Shown: positions 24,170 to 37,951 of the stretch, piece by piece | How the letters are laid out: each line of letters opens with the position of its first letter | Numbering within the stretch: position 1 is the first letter of the stretch | NCBI RefSeq assembly: GCF_001194135.2 | Contig: NC_068981.1 | Coordinates: forward strand, 119,988,386-120,052,385 | Direction: 5' to 3' | DNA length: 64,000 nt | Origin: Octopus bimaculoides | Lineage: Eukaryota | Notes under the pieces: generated by a model | What the model was told of the DNA's origin: nothing | The model's database searches: none | Seen by the model: the letters and a program-made list of their open reading frames with translations, nothing else | Position numbers and translations under genes: made by a program

Positions 24170-25100
24170 TGTCTAATGTAACAACTTGGTCATCTTTCAC
24201 CTCACCATTCCAAGTCTTTGTCAGTCTCTTTTTTCCACACATGCTATTCCATTTAAGTCCTTATGCAGTAATGTCTTTATGGAAGATTCAATGTTCCTGT
24301 ATGCAGATTATCATATGGCATTACTTTGTTGCTTTGCATTTATATCTAATTCCTCTTATACCTAGTTTGTCTCTCAGCTCCATTGTACTCCATCATTCAC
24401 ATTCACTAACATGATACATCATTTCTTTGTACTTATCACAGGCCCTTTGCTTTCAAGGCCCATGTCTCACTGCATGCAGTATTATCTTTCACGTACAAGC
24501 ATCATACAATCTACCCATCACATTGAGGGAGAAAACATATGATGTCAACAGAGGCAACAACTCACTGAGCTTTTCTAACTCATTCTTAACTCTGGCTACC
24601 ACACTTTCAGAACAATATCCCTCACTGCTAACAAGGTCATCTAGTTAACAAAACCTGTCAACTATATCTTAAGAGCCATCCCTACATTTGAGAGAATTTG
24701 TTTTCCAAGTGCTCATCATGATTGTTGTCCTAGTACACCTGCAGCATATGAAATCTACTTCCTCTGTTAGCCTATCTGTGATTTTGCAATATTCTTGTAT
24801 ATCCACTGTATACACAGGGTACATATGGAAATTATACTCTCTTCCTGCATAGAGAGCACAACCATTCCCTGGGTTGTATCGAGGTCAAGTCTTTTTTATT
24901 ACTTACAAAAACATTTAGTTTGGTTAAGGTCATGCAATTCCAGGTTTTACTTCAATGTTTGGAATTTCTGCTTGAATTTTTCAACACATTCTGCTATAAG
25001 AGCTTAGTCATCAGCATACAGGAGTTCCAAAGGACAACCAGACTTAAATACCTCTGTTATGGCTTGGAGGATTATAGCAAATGAGAGGAGGCTGGGAACT
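24170..25100 (-). mobile_element. Old RTE LINE fragment (RT and C-terminus)
   Basis: ILQAITEVFKSGCPLELLYADD (YADD at 25007-25018); LDDLVSSEGYCSESVVARV..ELLPLL..GRLYDAC. Confidence 0.8.
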
Positions 25101-25275
25101 GAACTCTGTTGGACCTATGATCTAAGATATTCCAGCCATTGACTCTCCATCTATTAACATATCTAGAACTGTATTAGATATCAGGCTGTTTTAAGAGGGT
25201 TGAGTGTAATTCAAAGAAAATTTGGCAGCAGTTTCTAGACAAGATGAGGATTTCTTGTTGACTTCTTCTCATGGT

Positions 25276-25375
25276 ACAATTGATAATCCTTTATCGGAAA
25301 TACTTATGACTGAACGCATTTTGGATTTCAGATCGATTATTTGAGGTTTCAGAATGATAGTATATTTACATCTAT
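25276..25375. mobile_element. Tigger/MER2-like MITE end
   Basis: ta-caattgataatcctttatcggaaatactt...ttttggatttcaga resembles MER2-type termini as recalled. Confidence 0.45.
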
Positions 25376-26702
25376 AAAAGAGAACAGCTTCAGTACTAAG
25401 ACCCAAGTCTAAAGACATTAATCATTTACAATTCATAATACAGCTAATGAATATACTATAAAGGTTGTTTTATATAAATTTGGTGCTGGTCTGGTTTTAC
25501 ACACGTAACAGTTTCACTTAAGAAACATTTTCATTTTCACAAAACAAATCTACCAATTATATACATTCACTTCAGCTTGTCAGCCCCATGAAACATTCAT
25601 GTCACTTTCGCTTTTTACTTTTGTTTAATGTACACTTACAACCAACATTTTTTTGAGTGCTTTTAGGAACTTTCCATATGTAGTGCTTCTAATACTTGAA
25701 AAGATTTCTAATTTTGAACAACTTTCAACTTCAGAATTTCAAATAAGGGATTATGAACACTAAGAAAGTGTGTATATTAACTAAGAACCTAATTAGTTGT
25801 TTTGCTTAAGAGTTTTTTCCATTTCTAACCAATCAGTAGAAGACTGTCTGACTGTTACAAAAATACTTTATGGCTAAAATGTTACAGTATAGTTCATAAA
25901 AATTATCATCATTGTTCTATCACCCACTTTTCCAGCTTGAGGAACAACCAAAAGTCACAGGGAGCAAGGTCTGGACTGTTAAATGAAACAGTTATGTGAA
26001 GATTAATACTTTCAACTGAATTCAAAAGCTTTATAGGATTTTGAGCTCAGAAATAATCCAGTACCTTTGATGGTTGAATTGTTTCTGACATTTTCTGCTG
26101 AATTCATTTCATCCTTTACCTGCGTAATGAACAGTAATGTCTTTGTGAAAGATTCAATGTTCCTATATGCAGATTATCTCAATGTAGTTATCACATTAAA
26201 TTCTGAGTCTGAATGTTAAAGGTTAGAAGTTGTAATGTCTTTTAACATTTTAAAAGCTGGAAGCTCAAGAGTGTTTTGATCAAGTTCAGTCAGGCTGAAG
26301 AAACTTAACGGGAGTATAATGAGTGAGAGACCTGATGTAGATACGTTATACATCCCAAGCTCCAGTACCACCATCATTATCATACATCTATTGTAGGTAG
26401 GTGTTCTCAAGCATTGTGTGATTCCAATCATTATAGTGTTTTGCCAATTCCTTTATAAGTTTCAACTGAGATCAGTCTTCTCCACTTCATCTATGCATTT
26501 CTTGCTCTCTCTCTCTCTCTCTCTCTCTAACAGGGTCTGATCATTTCAAGTGCTCAGAGTTTCTTTATACAACTGACAAGATCCACATACAACACTTTCC
26601 TATATCAGCATAGTCTTCTTTCATTTATTTCCTCTTGTATCCACTTTGTCTCTCAGCTCATTTGTGCTCCATTGCTCATGCACACTAATATTATACATCC
26701 AC

Positions 26703-26938
26703 TAAGGCAGCGAGGAGGTACAATCGTTAGCACATTGGGTGAAATGCATAGCAGCATTTCATCAGACTTTACGTTCTGAATTCAGATTCCACCAAGGTCC
26801 ACTTTGCCATTGATCCTTTTAGGGTCGATAATACAACTACCAGTTAGGTACAGGGGGTGGAAAGGGGAGGTTGTGGTGTCAGTGCAATCGATTTACCCCT
26901 CCCCCCAAATCGCTGGCCTTGTGCCAAAATTCGAAACC
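26703..26938 (+). mobile_element. tRNA-derived SINE, family B, with perfect 16-bp TSD
   Basis: TSD aatattatacatccac at 26687-26702 and 26939-26954; inserted into an old RTE fragment. Confidence 0.9.
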
Positions 26939-29290
26939 AATATTATACATCCACAAGATACTTGATTAAATTTTTTCCGCTCATAGCAAATTTTTCACAA
27001 TCACATCCAATACCCCACTGCTATGCAGTATCATACTTCATACATTAACTTAGGAATCTGCTCTTTACTCTGGAAGAGAAACTATATACATATATATTTT
27101 TATAGGCACAGGAAAGGCCTGCATGTTAAGAAGCTTACTTTCCAAACATGTGGTTTCAGGTTCAGTTCCAGTGCACGACATTTTAGGCAAGTGTCTTCTA
27201 GTATAGCCTATGCTTGTGAGTGGATTTGGTAGGCAGAATATAAGCATGTGTGTATGTGGGCCCTTTTGTCATGACATCACTTCATGGTTGTAGATGAGAG
27301 TTACCTCAGGCAATGTCATTTGTTTACACTCTTCTGCAACAGGCATATGTTGTGAACATAGGAAATATTACTTAACATGGAAAAAAGTGAGGGTTGGTGA
27401 CAGAAAGGGCCATCTGGCCATAGAAAATTTGTCCCAATAAATTCTGCTTAACCATAGACAATCACACACTGCACATAATCATCCTTTTACAACCAATCCA
27501 TTTGTATATATTGGATGGGTCAGCTCCTATTCAGAGTTGCTAACTTCTGCAATGATCTGGAAGGAAACGTCTTACTTGTACATTTTATCTGGCATGGTTG
27601 TAGCAGCTGGATGCTGTCCAAAATACCAACCAGTTTACAGAATTTACAGGATGCAATTTATCATTGCACCAGCACAATAGAGGCTGTCATGATCACAGCA
27701 AAACAAATATATTCTCTCTGCTCCAAACTGTTTCCATTCATTCAATGCAGATGAGGTACAGAGTGGATAGTAGAAACAGTATTACTCTTTATTGACACAT
27801 ATCTCACTACTTATTGATTTAAATCCCTCTCCCTCACTTGCTTTACTCTTCCTTTTAACACTGTCTCACCTCCAGCATGCAGCTGTATATATCTTTATCC
27901 AATAACCCTAACTCTATGCAGATGTGCACCTACATAATCAGGCATATAGAAACATAGGAAGTATTTAAAAATAGCTTCTAGGTGAATGAAAAAAATTACG
28001 AGTGTGGTTGTGAAAATAAAATCTCCTGATGTTACTGAAAACAGTGACATTGTATGCATTTATTATGTTACCATACTATTTTATCAAACTATTCACATGA
28101 CTCAAACTGACCAATGGAGCTCCCCACCACACACACACAAAACATTTTCACTTAGAACTCATCTTTAAACTTTCCTTACTCTGACTATGTATGCTTGAAA
28201 ATGTAGACATATCTGTGCCCATGAAAAGTAGTACAGGAGAACTGAGTCAACTTGTTATTAAATACTTACAATAGACACCCACACACATTCATTTATGTTT
28301 GTGTTTTTTTTTTCCTTTTCATGCTAGCACAGGTTAGACATTTCACTGAGGCGGTGTTTTACAACCAAATGTCCTTGTTAATGATTCTTGCCTGCTTTTT
28401 CCTGGTAAATGTTATCTTACTTGGCATGTATTTGAAGGTAGAAAGCTACCAGATAATCTATTGACAAAATGACAGCAAAGTCAGTCTTTAACTGAGCAAA
28501 TGTAAACACACAGACACACAAACAATCATATATACAATGGGCTTCTTTCTATTTCTGTTTATCAAGTCCACTCACAAGTTTTTGGTTGGCCCTGAGCTAT
28601 ATAGAAGACACTTGGCCAAAGCACAGTGCAATGGGATTGAATGGGAAGAGAACTTCTTGACCACAAGGCTTTGCCTGTGCTTCTCTCTCCACATATATCC
28701 TTTATTTTTTACTTGTTTCGGCCATGCTGGGACACCATCTTGAAGGATTTTAAAATCTGGCACTTATTTTATTGGTCGTTCATGCCAAAAAGCTAAGTTA
28801 CAGGGAAGTAAACAAACCAGCACCAGTTGTCAAGCAGTGGTAGGACAAACATAAAGACACCCCACACATATATATATATGACATGCTACTTTTCCACACA
28901 GTGGGACTGAACCCACAACATATGGTTGGAAAGCAAACTTTTTACCACATAGCCACACCTACATAAACATATATACACACACACACACACATATATCTTA
29001 GTCTTATACATAGAACGTAGTGAGCTGGGTAACTTCAGCTAACATCATCCTTGCACCATTTTCAGGATACATAATTAGTAATTTTACTCTGCCTCCTTCT
29101 CTATAATTATTTGATCATTCAAAGTCCAAGCCCGTTGATGTGAATGTACTATACTGAGAAGATCTAACAAGACTGAAACATTAGCAATGCTTTTGCAAGT
29201 AGGCTTAAGAGCCAAGATCTACAGTGATGCCTTTGTTTGTCAAATCTTGGATTAACTGATTGTTGGAATTATCTCCCTTGTTTATAGAGT

Positions 29291-29508
29291 TTAACCCTTT
29301 AGCAAACAGTCAAATGTAATGCTTATTTATTCATGTTGCTTTGAATTAATCATGCATAATCTTGCAGCTTTGATATTTTTAGTGCGTGATTGCTTATTTT
29401 TAGAAGGATATTGTAGGGTAGGTGCGAGAGGTTGCATCTGGCTTGTTTGAACATAAAACAAATGAAATATTTAGGTTGGATGTGACTGGTTTGAATGCTA
29501 AAGGGTAA
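29291..29508. mobile_element. piggyBac-like MITE
   Basis: ttaaccctttagca...tgaatgctaaagggtaaa. Confidence 0.75.
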
Positions 29509-29725
29509 AACACCTGAAAAGGGAATTCCTGTCTATGAAGTGCAAGGACAATCTATTTATAGAAACTTTTTAGTTCATTATATTTCACGTGAGATTCTTG
29601 TGTTAGTAGTATCTATGAATGTTAGGGTCAAGTAAAATAACAACAAAGTTATTGATGTAATATGTACCAATCACCTGTCCAGCCCTTATATAATGGATAT
29701 TATATATCACATGATAATTTCCAAT

Positions 29726-30200
29726 GTCATCATCATCATCATTTAACGTCTGTTCTCCATCCTGGCATGGGTTGGATGATTTGATAGACCAGCTGAAGGG
29801 TTGTTCAGGCTCCATGTCCGTTTTGGTATGGTTTCTATGGCTGAATGCCCTTCTTAACGCTAACCCCTTTACAGAATGTACTGGGTGCTTTTTACATGGC
29901 ATCAGCACCTATGAGCCTGCAAGATTAGGGGTGCTCAGCTGGAGAGGGTTGCAGAGGATGAGTCTGTATGCAAGGGCAAGCACACTTTTACTTAGCTTGA
30001 CATCTTTACAAGCACAACAGACTGCCAGTAGTCTTGGTCCCCTGTCATCCCCACTGTGAATCCCAATGTCTATAGATCCTTTCACACCATTTCGTTCCAC
30101 ATCTTCCTGTGTCTACATGTTCCCTCTACAATTGGAGAGCGGCACCTCTTGATGCAACTGTCTTCAGTCATACACATTACATGGCCATACCAGTAGTCTT
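29726..30200 (-). mobile_element. 5'-truncated RTE LINE (C-terminus and 3'UTR)
   Basis: WYGHVMCMTEDSCIKRC...KMWNEMV, then the family 3'UTR ending gacgttaaa(tga)n. Confidence 0.8.
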
Positions 30201-30326
30201 CTCTCTTGCACATTACATATATTTCATGTAGTGCAGTAGGAGAATTAAGATCAATGACTATCTATTGCTCTATATAAAGCTTAGGTGTTTCCCCACACTA
30301 AATCTATCACACAAACATACACATGA

Positions 30327-30650
30327 AGGCACATGGCTCAACAGTTAGTGTCAGGCTCACAATCATGAAGTAGTGAGTTCGATTCCCAGACCAGGCTGTG
30401 TGTTGCGTTCCTGAGCAAGACACTTGTCTCACATTGCTCCAGTTCACTCAGCTGTAGAAATGAGTTGTGACATTACTTTTGTCTTTCCCTTGGATAACTT
30501 TGGTGGTGTGGAGGGGGAAGACTGGCATGCATGGGCAATTGCTGGTCTTCCATGAAACAAAGTTGCCCAGACTTATCTTGGAAGGTGAGGGAAGGGAGGA
30601 ATTTCTATGTACAATCCTATGGTCATCCATGACTGAAGGGGGTCTTTTAC
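30327..30650 (+). mobile_element. tRNA-derived SINE, family C
   Basis: gaaggcacatggctcaacagttag...gagttcgattcc (B box)...cctgagcaagacactt...ccagttcactcagctgtagaaatg. Confidence 0.8.
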
Positions 30651-30934
30651 ACACATATATTATTAGATAATAAATCGTATGGTGTACACCTGGTAGTTTG
30701 CAGGTAAAGCACATTCACTTTCACAGTGAAAGATTGATGCTAAATGGGTGGAAACAATTGTAGTGATCAATAAACATTCTCGCATCTTCCATTTCTCTTA
30801 TAAATCAAATATATACATACAAAAGAGCATGTTTTGTAACATATATAGCAATGCAAACAAATGTATGACTGCAGCTTAGCCATAATTCATGCTCTTTATT
30901 ACACACGCACTCTCTCTCTCTCTCTTTACCTGTA

Positions 30935-31280
30935 TTAGTCATTAGGCTGCAGCCATGCTGGGGCACCACTTTTATGTACTTTTAGTTGAATGCATCAACC
31001 CCAGCACTTATTCTATTGGTCTGTTTTGTCAAACTGCTAAGTTATGGAGACACAAACACACAAACACCAGTTGTCAAGCAATGGTGGGGAGGGGGCAAAA
31101 TATAGACACACACACACACACAGATATGCTGGACTTCTTTCAGTTTCCATCTATCAAATCCACTCACAAGGCTTTGGTCATCCTGGGGCCATAGTAGGAG
31201 ACATTTGCCCAAGGTGCTACACAGTGAGACTGAACCCAGAACCATGTGGTTGAGAAGCAAACTTCTTACCACACAGCAAA
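30935..31280 (-). mobile_element. tRNA-derived SINE, family A
   Basis: Reverse complement of the 4855 family, full head to tail. Confidence 0.85.
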
Positions 31281-32015
31281 CTACATTTACATATTATATA
31301 CCATCAATTAATGCCCGCTTCCCTTGTTGGCATGGGTTGGACAGCCTGACAAGAGTTGGCAAGCCAGAAGACTGCCAAGCTTTACTGTCAGCTTTGGCAA
31401 GGTTTTTATGGCTTGAGCCCTTCCTAACACCAACCACTTTACAGTGTGTGCACATATATATATATATATATATATATAATGTACCTAAATATCTATAAAA
31501 TTATAATCTAATATACATATTACACACATGTAAATACACATGTACATGGTTGTGTCGTTAAGAAAGTTGTTCCTTAACCTTGTACTTTTAGGCTCAATCC
31601 CACTATGTGACATCTAAGTTGAATCATATAAAATGTTTATACATGTCCTTGTCTTGACATTGTATAATAGTTGTAAGCCAGTGTCATACGTTTTCAATTT
31701 CCTTAAAAACGTTGAGAGTTGTTTATAGGAAGGATATCCAGTCATGGAGCCTGCCTCAACAAATTCCATCTGACCCATGCAAGCATGGAAAAGTGGACAT
31801 TATTTTGAAATTGTGACACAAGCTAAATTCAAATATAATCTATATTTCCACTTGCCTCTCAACAGAAGCAAACAATCCATTATGCTGAGAGTTCTAAAGT
31901 ATGTGATTGGTGTTGTATGAGAATTGAAAATGAAATTCCAGTGGAATATTAATTGGATGTTCTTTGTTAGTAGTATATTACCAGAAAATAATTTCTCTGG
32001 TGGCATCTGTTAAAG

Positions 32016-32237
32016 CAGTGGTTCTCAACCCAGGTCCACATAAGATTTTGTCATTAAAATTAGTTATATTTCAACAATACACAAAATTTCTTTCTTTTTT
32101 ACTACAATTCCTAATAATATTTAATTATAAAAATATAATAGGATTTTATTTCAAATAACGAATGGGTATGTGGGTTCACCCAAGTAAAATAGAAATCAAG
32201 GGGGTCCATAAGTAAAAAAAATGGTTGAGAAACACTG
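32016..32237. mobile_element. hAT-like MITE
   Basis: TIRs cagtggttctcaacc / ggttgagaaacactg (1 mismatch); same family as 2720. Confidence 0.75.
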
Positions 32238-32619
32238 GGTAGGCCATAATTCAGATGGAGAAATCTTGATTTCTTAGGATGAAATAATTGAGTATACTGA
32301 GACTAAATGAAAATATGTTTAATTCTGCATATTTTTTCGTCATCTGACAGACACATCATCATCGTCATCTAATGTCCATATTCCATGCTGACATGAGTTG
32401 TTCAGGCTGACAGTATACAATGGGTCCAAGGACTGTATCGTGCTAAAATATCTGCTTTGGCATGGTTTCTACAGCTGGATGACCTTCCTAATACCAAGCA
32501 CTTTATAATGTGCACTGGGTGCTATTTTCATGCCACCTGTACTATTGAGGTTGCTATGCAGCTCATAAGACAATGCATAATTTATATAAAGAAAAATACA
32601 TTGCAAAAATTAGATTCAG

Positions 32620-33304
32620 TAATTGTATCTGGTGGAAATATTTATTCATATTTTATACATACATTCATGCATACATGCCCTCAACTCAAATTTTACAAAG
32701 AAAACCAAATTTAAGTTAAGGTCTTATAAATTTCAATTCAGACTATATTGCCACCAGATATAATATTTAAGCATGAACAACTTATTCTACATAACCTATA
32801 AAATAAATATAATGACTATGACTCAACAAATTTGTAAAATGCTTCTTTTTTCTTTTTTGTATACACACCATAGCTGTTTCAGTTTAAATAGAACCAAAAG
32901 GACAAATAATGCTTGTCAAAATATCAAAAAATAAATTTAATCTAGACTAACATACTATAAAATAATTTTTTTTTTAAATCAAAATTAAATCAGTTTAAAA
33001 AAAAATTTAATGTTTTATAGGGTTTCTTAAACTTTCATCCAATCACACAAATGTAGAAATATCCCTATATTCCATGTAGGCATATATAGCTTTTGAGCAG
33101 TAGCTATCTAAAGTATTCAAGTTTGATTTTCTCAAGAAAACTTCAAAATAAAGTCCCACCACCACCAACCCACACTAAAAAAAAATTTAATGTGAAACAG
33201 TCACAAAGTACTGAACTTGAACAAAATTTCACACAAAACATACCTACATATTATTTGCAACTTAAAAAAACTCCATCAGTAAAAATCTATTGTACATAAA
33301 CAAT

Positions 33305-33342
<38 letters not shown>

Positions 33343-36300
33343 CTAAAAAACTTCAGTAAATCTAGTTTAGAAATAAACTAAAATACAAGAGCTATCTTTG
33401 ATATAAATATATTCAAGTAACAGAATAAAAAGAAACATAATACTACCCTTTAAAAAAAAAATTTTTTTTTCTTCCTGTTTCAGGATTGTATGTGGAGTGC
33501 AAATCAAGTATGAATGTTATGAAGCCAGAAAACTAATTTAAATGAAGCTAATAAGGAACAAGATACAAAATGTATCAGTTAAAAAGATGTTAAATAAATC
33601 TAAAATGATTATGTACAGTTTCAAGATTCTGTTCATTTTATTTCAATATAAAGTTTATACAAGTATTTTAATGAATTTATTACATTTGGTTTTTGTTTTT
33701 AGCAAAAGGAAAACAAAGGCAAAATATCATACAGGAAATAATCAACAGACTTAATAATCTTAAACAACAACTTGAACACCTTTAATAACAGAATGTTTTA
33801 ATAAGTCTTGAAAACTAGTTGAAGAGCAGCAATAACTTAAGCTACAGCTATGAATAGGAATTATGATCAAAAGAAAACAGGGGGGGAAAACCACAGTAAA
33901 TTCTCTATTCAACTGAGCTAAGCTAACCTGATGTAAGTCTAAAAAGTAAACTTACAGTTTGTCCATAACAAGGGGAGAAGCAAAGCAATAAAAAAAATTA
34001 AGTATCAATGATATCCAACAAAATCCATTCAAAATACATAAACTTTATTATACAAGAGCAGTCTAAAAATGAAAATTTATTTTGGAGGGAATTATAATTC
34101 CAAAAGAAATTCTGGAGCACTAGATAAGCATAAAATGACACAAGATTGCCTTTGCTTTTTCTTTCTTCCTTTTTATTTATTTTGTTATGTTGCTGTTCTG
34201 TTTTTTGGGGGGAAGGGGGGTATTTTTTTCTTATTTTTTTCAGCCAGTGTTGCATACTAACATACATCACAGACAAACTCTTTTTGGAACAAAAAAAAAA
34301 ACCTGCTGAAAATGGCTTTAGAAAAATTAACATGAAAAACAATTTGTAGAAGCAACCATTTGTATACACAGATGAGTTTAAATAAATTTTCATAGCTAAA
34401 AAAAAAAAAAGAATGAATAGAATAAAAATTTGAAAGACAATTTTAGCAAACATGGTAAATTAGTGTTTAGCACAAGCAGCATAGATAAATATTGATCTAA
34501 AACTTTACATGGAGTAATAAATATAGTTTGGTTGCTATTTAAAAAGCAACAACAAAACAAAACAATTTTGTATGCTACATAAAAGCAATAACAAACATGT
34601 TCATACAGCTTATCATATTGTCAATCTGCTCAAAAGAACTATTAGGAGGAAAATATAAAAGCTACAAGATTATCAGAGTTGGTATAAGAGATGGAAACTC
34701 AAATCTTAAATATAAATAATTGTATTTCATTACCTATCCAAGTTATTAAAAAATAATTAAAAGAGACACCCTTATTCTTTTGATTATTTTTAATACACGT
34801 GTAAAAATAGCTAGAATTAACAACTCTATTTGGTTTTACTAGTTATTTTAGAACTATAACTTAAACCCCAACAAAGTTCTTGCAGACATTAATTTGGAAA
34901 ATGTTACAAAGCAGGTTAATCTTTTACCTCCAAATTAAAAATTTTTGCCATATTGAGATTTATTTTTCATCAAATACTTCTTTAGTTAATTGCATGCACA
35001 TTCCCACACATACATGCACACCAATGTAAGAAAATAAAACCATTAAATTGAAATACTTGTTTCAGTATAATCAATATTAGTGAAATGATCTCGGTAGTAT
35101 CTTAATCTTTTCTTTTTTTTCTGCAAGAAATTTACACCTACCCCAGTTCCTGCACTTTCTTTTACATCATCAACCAAAACTGATTTCACTCTTCCATACA
35201 AAACAATAATGAAATAATAATTTTGTTTAAGAAAAAAAAAAAACCTCAAAGGAAATAAATAGAAATCTCACAAAAGAAAACAAATTAAGATTTCATACTA
35301 TATATTTCTGTCTGTATGATTAATGAGTAACTGAACATAATTACCATTCTTACATAGTTTTTAGATGAAACTATGGTTAAAATTACATCCAAAACATATG
35401 AAACAGTGGTAATTAGACTTACTAAGAAAGTGCAGAGGAAGGGCGATGTATATATAAGAATATGGACAATAAATATCAGCCGAAATTTGAAGACAGGAGC
35501 ATTTCATGAAGACAAATTTCAAAGTATATATATATATTTTGTTTAGTTCTATACCTAACTGTTGATAGCATAACTGATCCTACCAAATTTAATTAGAATT
35601 CACTGACAAAAAAAAAATAATTTTGAAGTTAAATAACTATAAAAAGTTTGAACGTCTACATAATTATTAAATAACCAGGCATCTGAAAACAACACTAGTA
35701 ATACCCAAGAAGCAGGAGCCAAAACCTCTAATAGAAAGGAACTTCCATTACATGTAATGTACTTATAATTAAGCCAAAATCAAATAAACATTATCTGTCA
35801 AAAGAAGTAGGAATCCTGCTTTCAATCCTAATACTTGTTTATTGGTAACAGCCAAATTAATATAATATGTTGGTATATTGTAAATTAAATTAAAATATTT
35901 CCAAATCTATATATCTCCATAGAATGGCATCCAGCTCCAATGAAAAAAAAGATGTCCAAATCCTCAACATAATTCAGAGCAACTTGTCCAACATGCGGAA
36001 CAAAGTTAGATGTCCTCAAGATTCAATTTGTGTAATAAACACATATTCTTGATAACTATTCCATTAAGCTACTAATTCAGATTATACTGAAGGTCAGCAT
36101 TCCATGCTTAGATTTTCAAGAGACAATACTTCCAAGATCATGTGTAACTCAAACAATAGGAGCAAAAAATTAAAATATAAATGTATTACTGTGTGTGAGA
36201 GTGTGCGCATGCACATCTCTAAATATTATAACTGAAGAGAAAAATGTTTCAACCACACTAATATGACTCAAGCTACCAGCAGAGCAATTATAAGAAGTGT

Positions 36301-37951
36301 TTATAAGTCAAACAGGATAGTGCCATGTGATTAGAATCTCCCATTAATATTATTTAAAAAGAAGAACCTAATCACAGAATTAAAACAAAACCTTTTTATC
36401 AGTGATGGCTAAAGATGACATTACTGAGAAGAAGATCTGTTATATTAGTTCAGTTTCAGTGTAGATTTTGTTTACCAAAACTGAAACTGAACCACTAAAT
36501 AAGATAAAAATTAATCCTGCTCAGAAACACATCCAGTATAAAAAAGAATGATAACATTACAGATGATCAATATTTTCAAGAAAATCTAAGAATTAATATT
36601 CAAAATTGAAAAATGTTTTCAAATTAACATAACTGGTTATTTCATATTCTAAACTGTTTAAAGATCTAAAAATAAAATGAATACTTATGTTAGGCATNNN
36701 NNNNNNNNNNNNNNNNNNNNNNNNNNNNNNNNNNNNNNNNNNNNNNNNNNNNNNNNNNNNNNNNNNNNNNNNNNNNNNNNNNNNNNNNNNNNNNNNNNNN
36801 NNNNNNNNNNNNNNNNNNNNNNNNNNNNNNNNNNNNNNNNNNNNNNNNNNNNNNNNNNNNNNNNNNNNNNNNNNNNNNNNNNNNNNNNNNNNNNNNNNNN
36901 NNNNNNNNNNNNNNNNNNNNNNNNNNNNNNNNNNNNNNNNNNNNNNNNNNNNNNNNNNNNNNNNNNNNNNNNNNNNNNNNNNNNNNNNNNNNNNNNNNNN
37001 NNNNNNNNNNNNNNNNNNNNNNNNNNNNNNNNNNNNNNNNNNNNNNNNNNNNNNNNNNNNNNNNNNNNNNNNNNNNNNNNNNNNNNNNNNNNNNNNNNNN
37101 NNNNNNNNNNNNNNNNNNNNNNNNNNNNNNNNNNNNNNNNNNNNNNNNNNNNNNNNNNNNNNNNNNNNNNNNNNNGCTGAGGGTTGGTGGTTATTTTTGT
37201 TTCTATGTATTATATATATTATATACAATGTATGTTAAGCTATTTTTAATAAAAACCAAAAGTTGAAATAAAGCACTGCTCTGTGATTGGGAATAAGTTT
37301 TGTTACATTTGAATTTAACAATCAAAATTGTTTTTATGATGAAACTTTTTTGTCAAGGGAGAATTATCAGGCTGGCTTCCATTAGGAGGATTGGTTAACA
37401 TCTTCACAAGAAATCAAAGTGGACCAAACATTATGTTGTGAAGTATTCTATTGAAATGATCCAACACGTTCCCTAATTTCTTTTTTTTTTTTTTTTAATT
37501 CAGCCATCATTTCTTTCTTTTTTTTCCGTATTGATTATTAGAGAGCAAAGAAAAAATAGATGAGACAATAAAATAAGCCATAATCACATTAGAAATCCAA
37601 TGGACAAATATGTAGCAAAATGACAATCTAATAATAATAATGCTGCAATTGAATAAAGCATGTGAGGTCAGCTAGTGAGTATTGTGTTGTAGGAAATGTG
37701 GACATGTGCTGGGCTGACACTAGAGAACACACTCAATCACTCCAATATGGCAGCCTGTGCTGTGCAGTGGTAGACAAGAGCCAGCATGCACTCCACTGTA
37801 TCAGCAAGGCACATGACACACACTAGGAAAAAATGCCGTTTCATGTAGAAGTAGGAGTAACAGTTTCTCCTTTAAGGTTTTAGAAATAATGAACGCACTA
37901 GGAAGTTTCATATTCCATTCTTCTTTGAAAAACATAAGCTGTTTACAACTT
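32620..37951 (-). other. Khc: Probable non-coding terminal exon (3'UTR) of kinesin heavy chain; 3' end uncertain
   Basis: Strong acceptor tatttttccctttctttttatttttacag| at 37952; no recognisable TE for about 5 kb; AATAAA on minus at 32641-32646 followed by a U-rich tract. Confidence 0.5.
36698..37175. other. Assembly gap (478 N)
   Basis: Run of N. Confidence 1.

Noticed and set aside
24260-26700. Similar segments at 24.3 kb and 26.1-26.7 kb as a local duplication
   Set aside because: Both are old copies of the same RTE LINE region.
36593-37238. Long ORFs of 167-211 aa
   Set aside because: They consist of X residues from the N gap.
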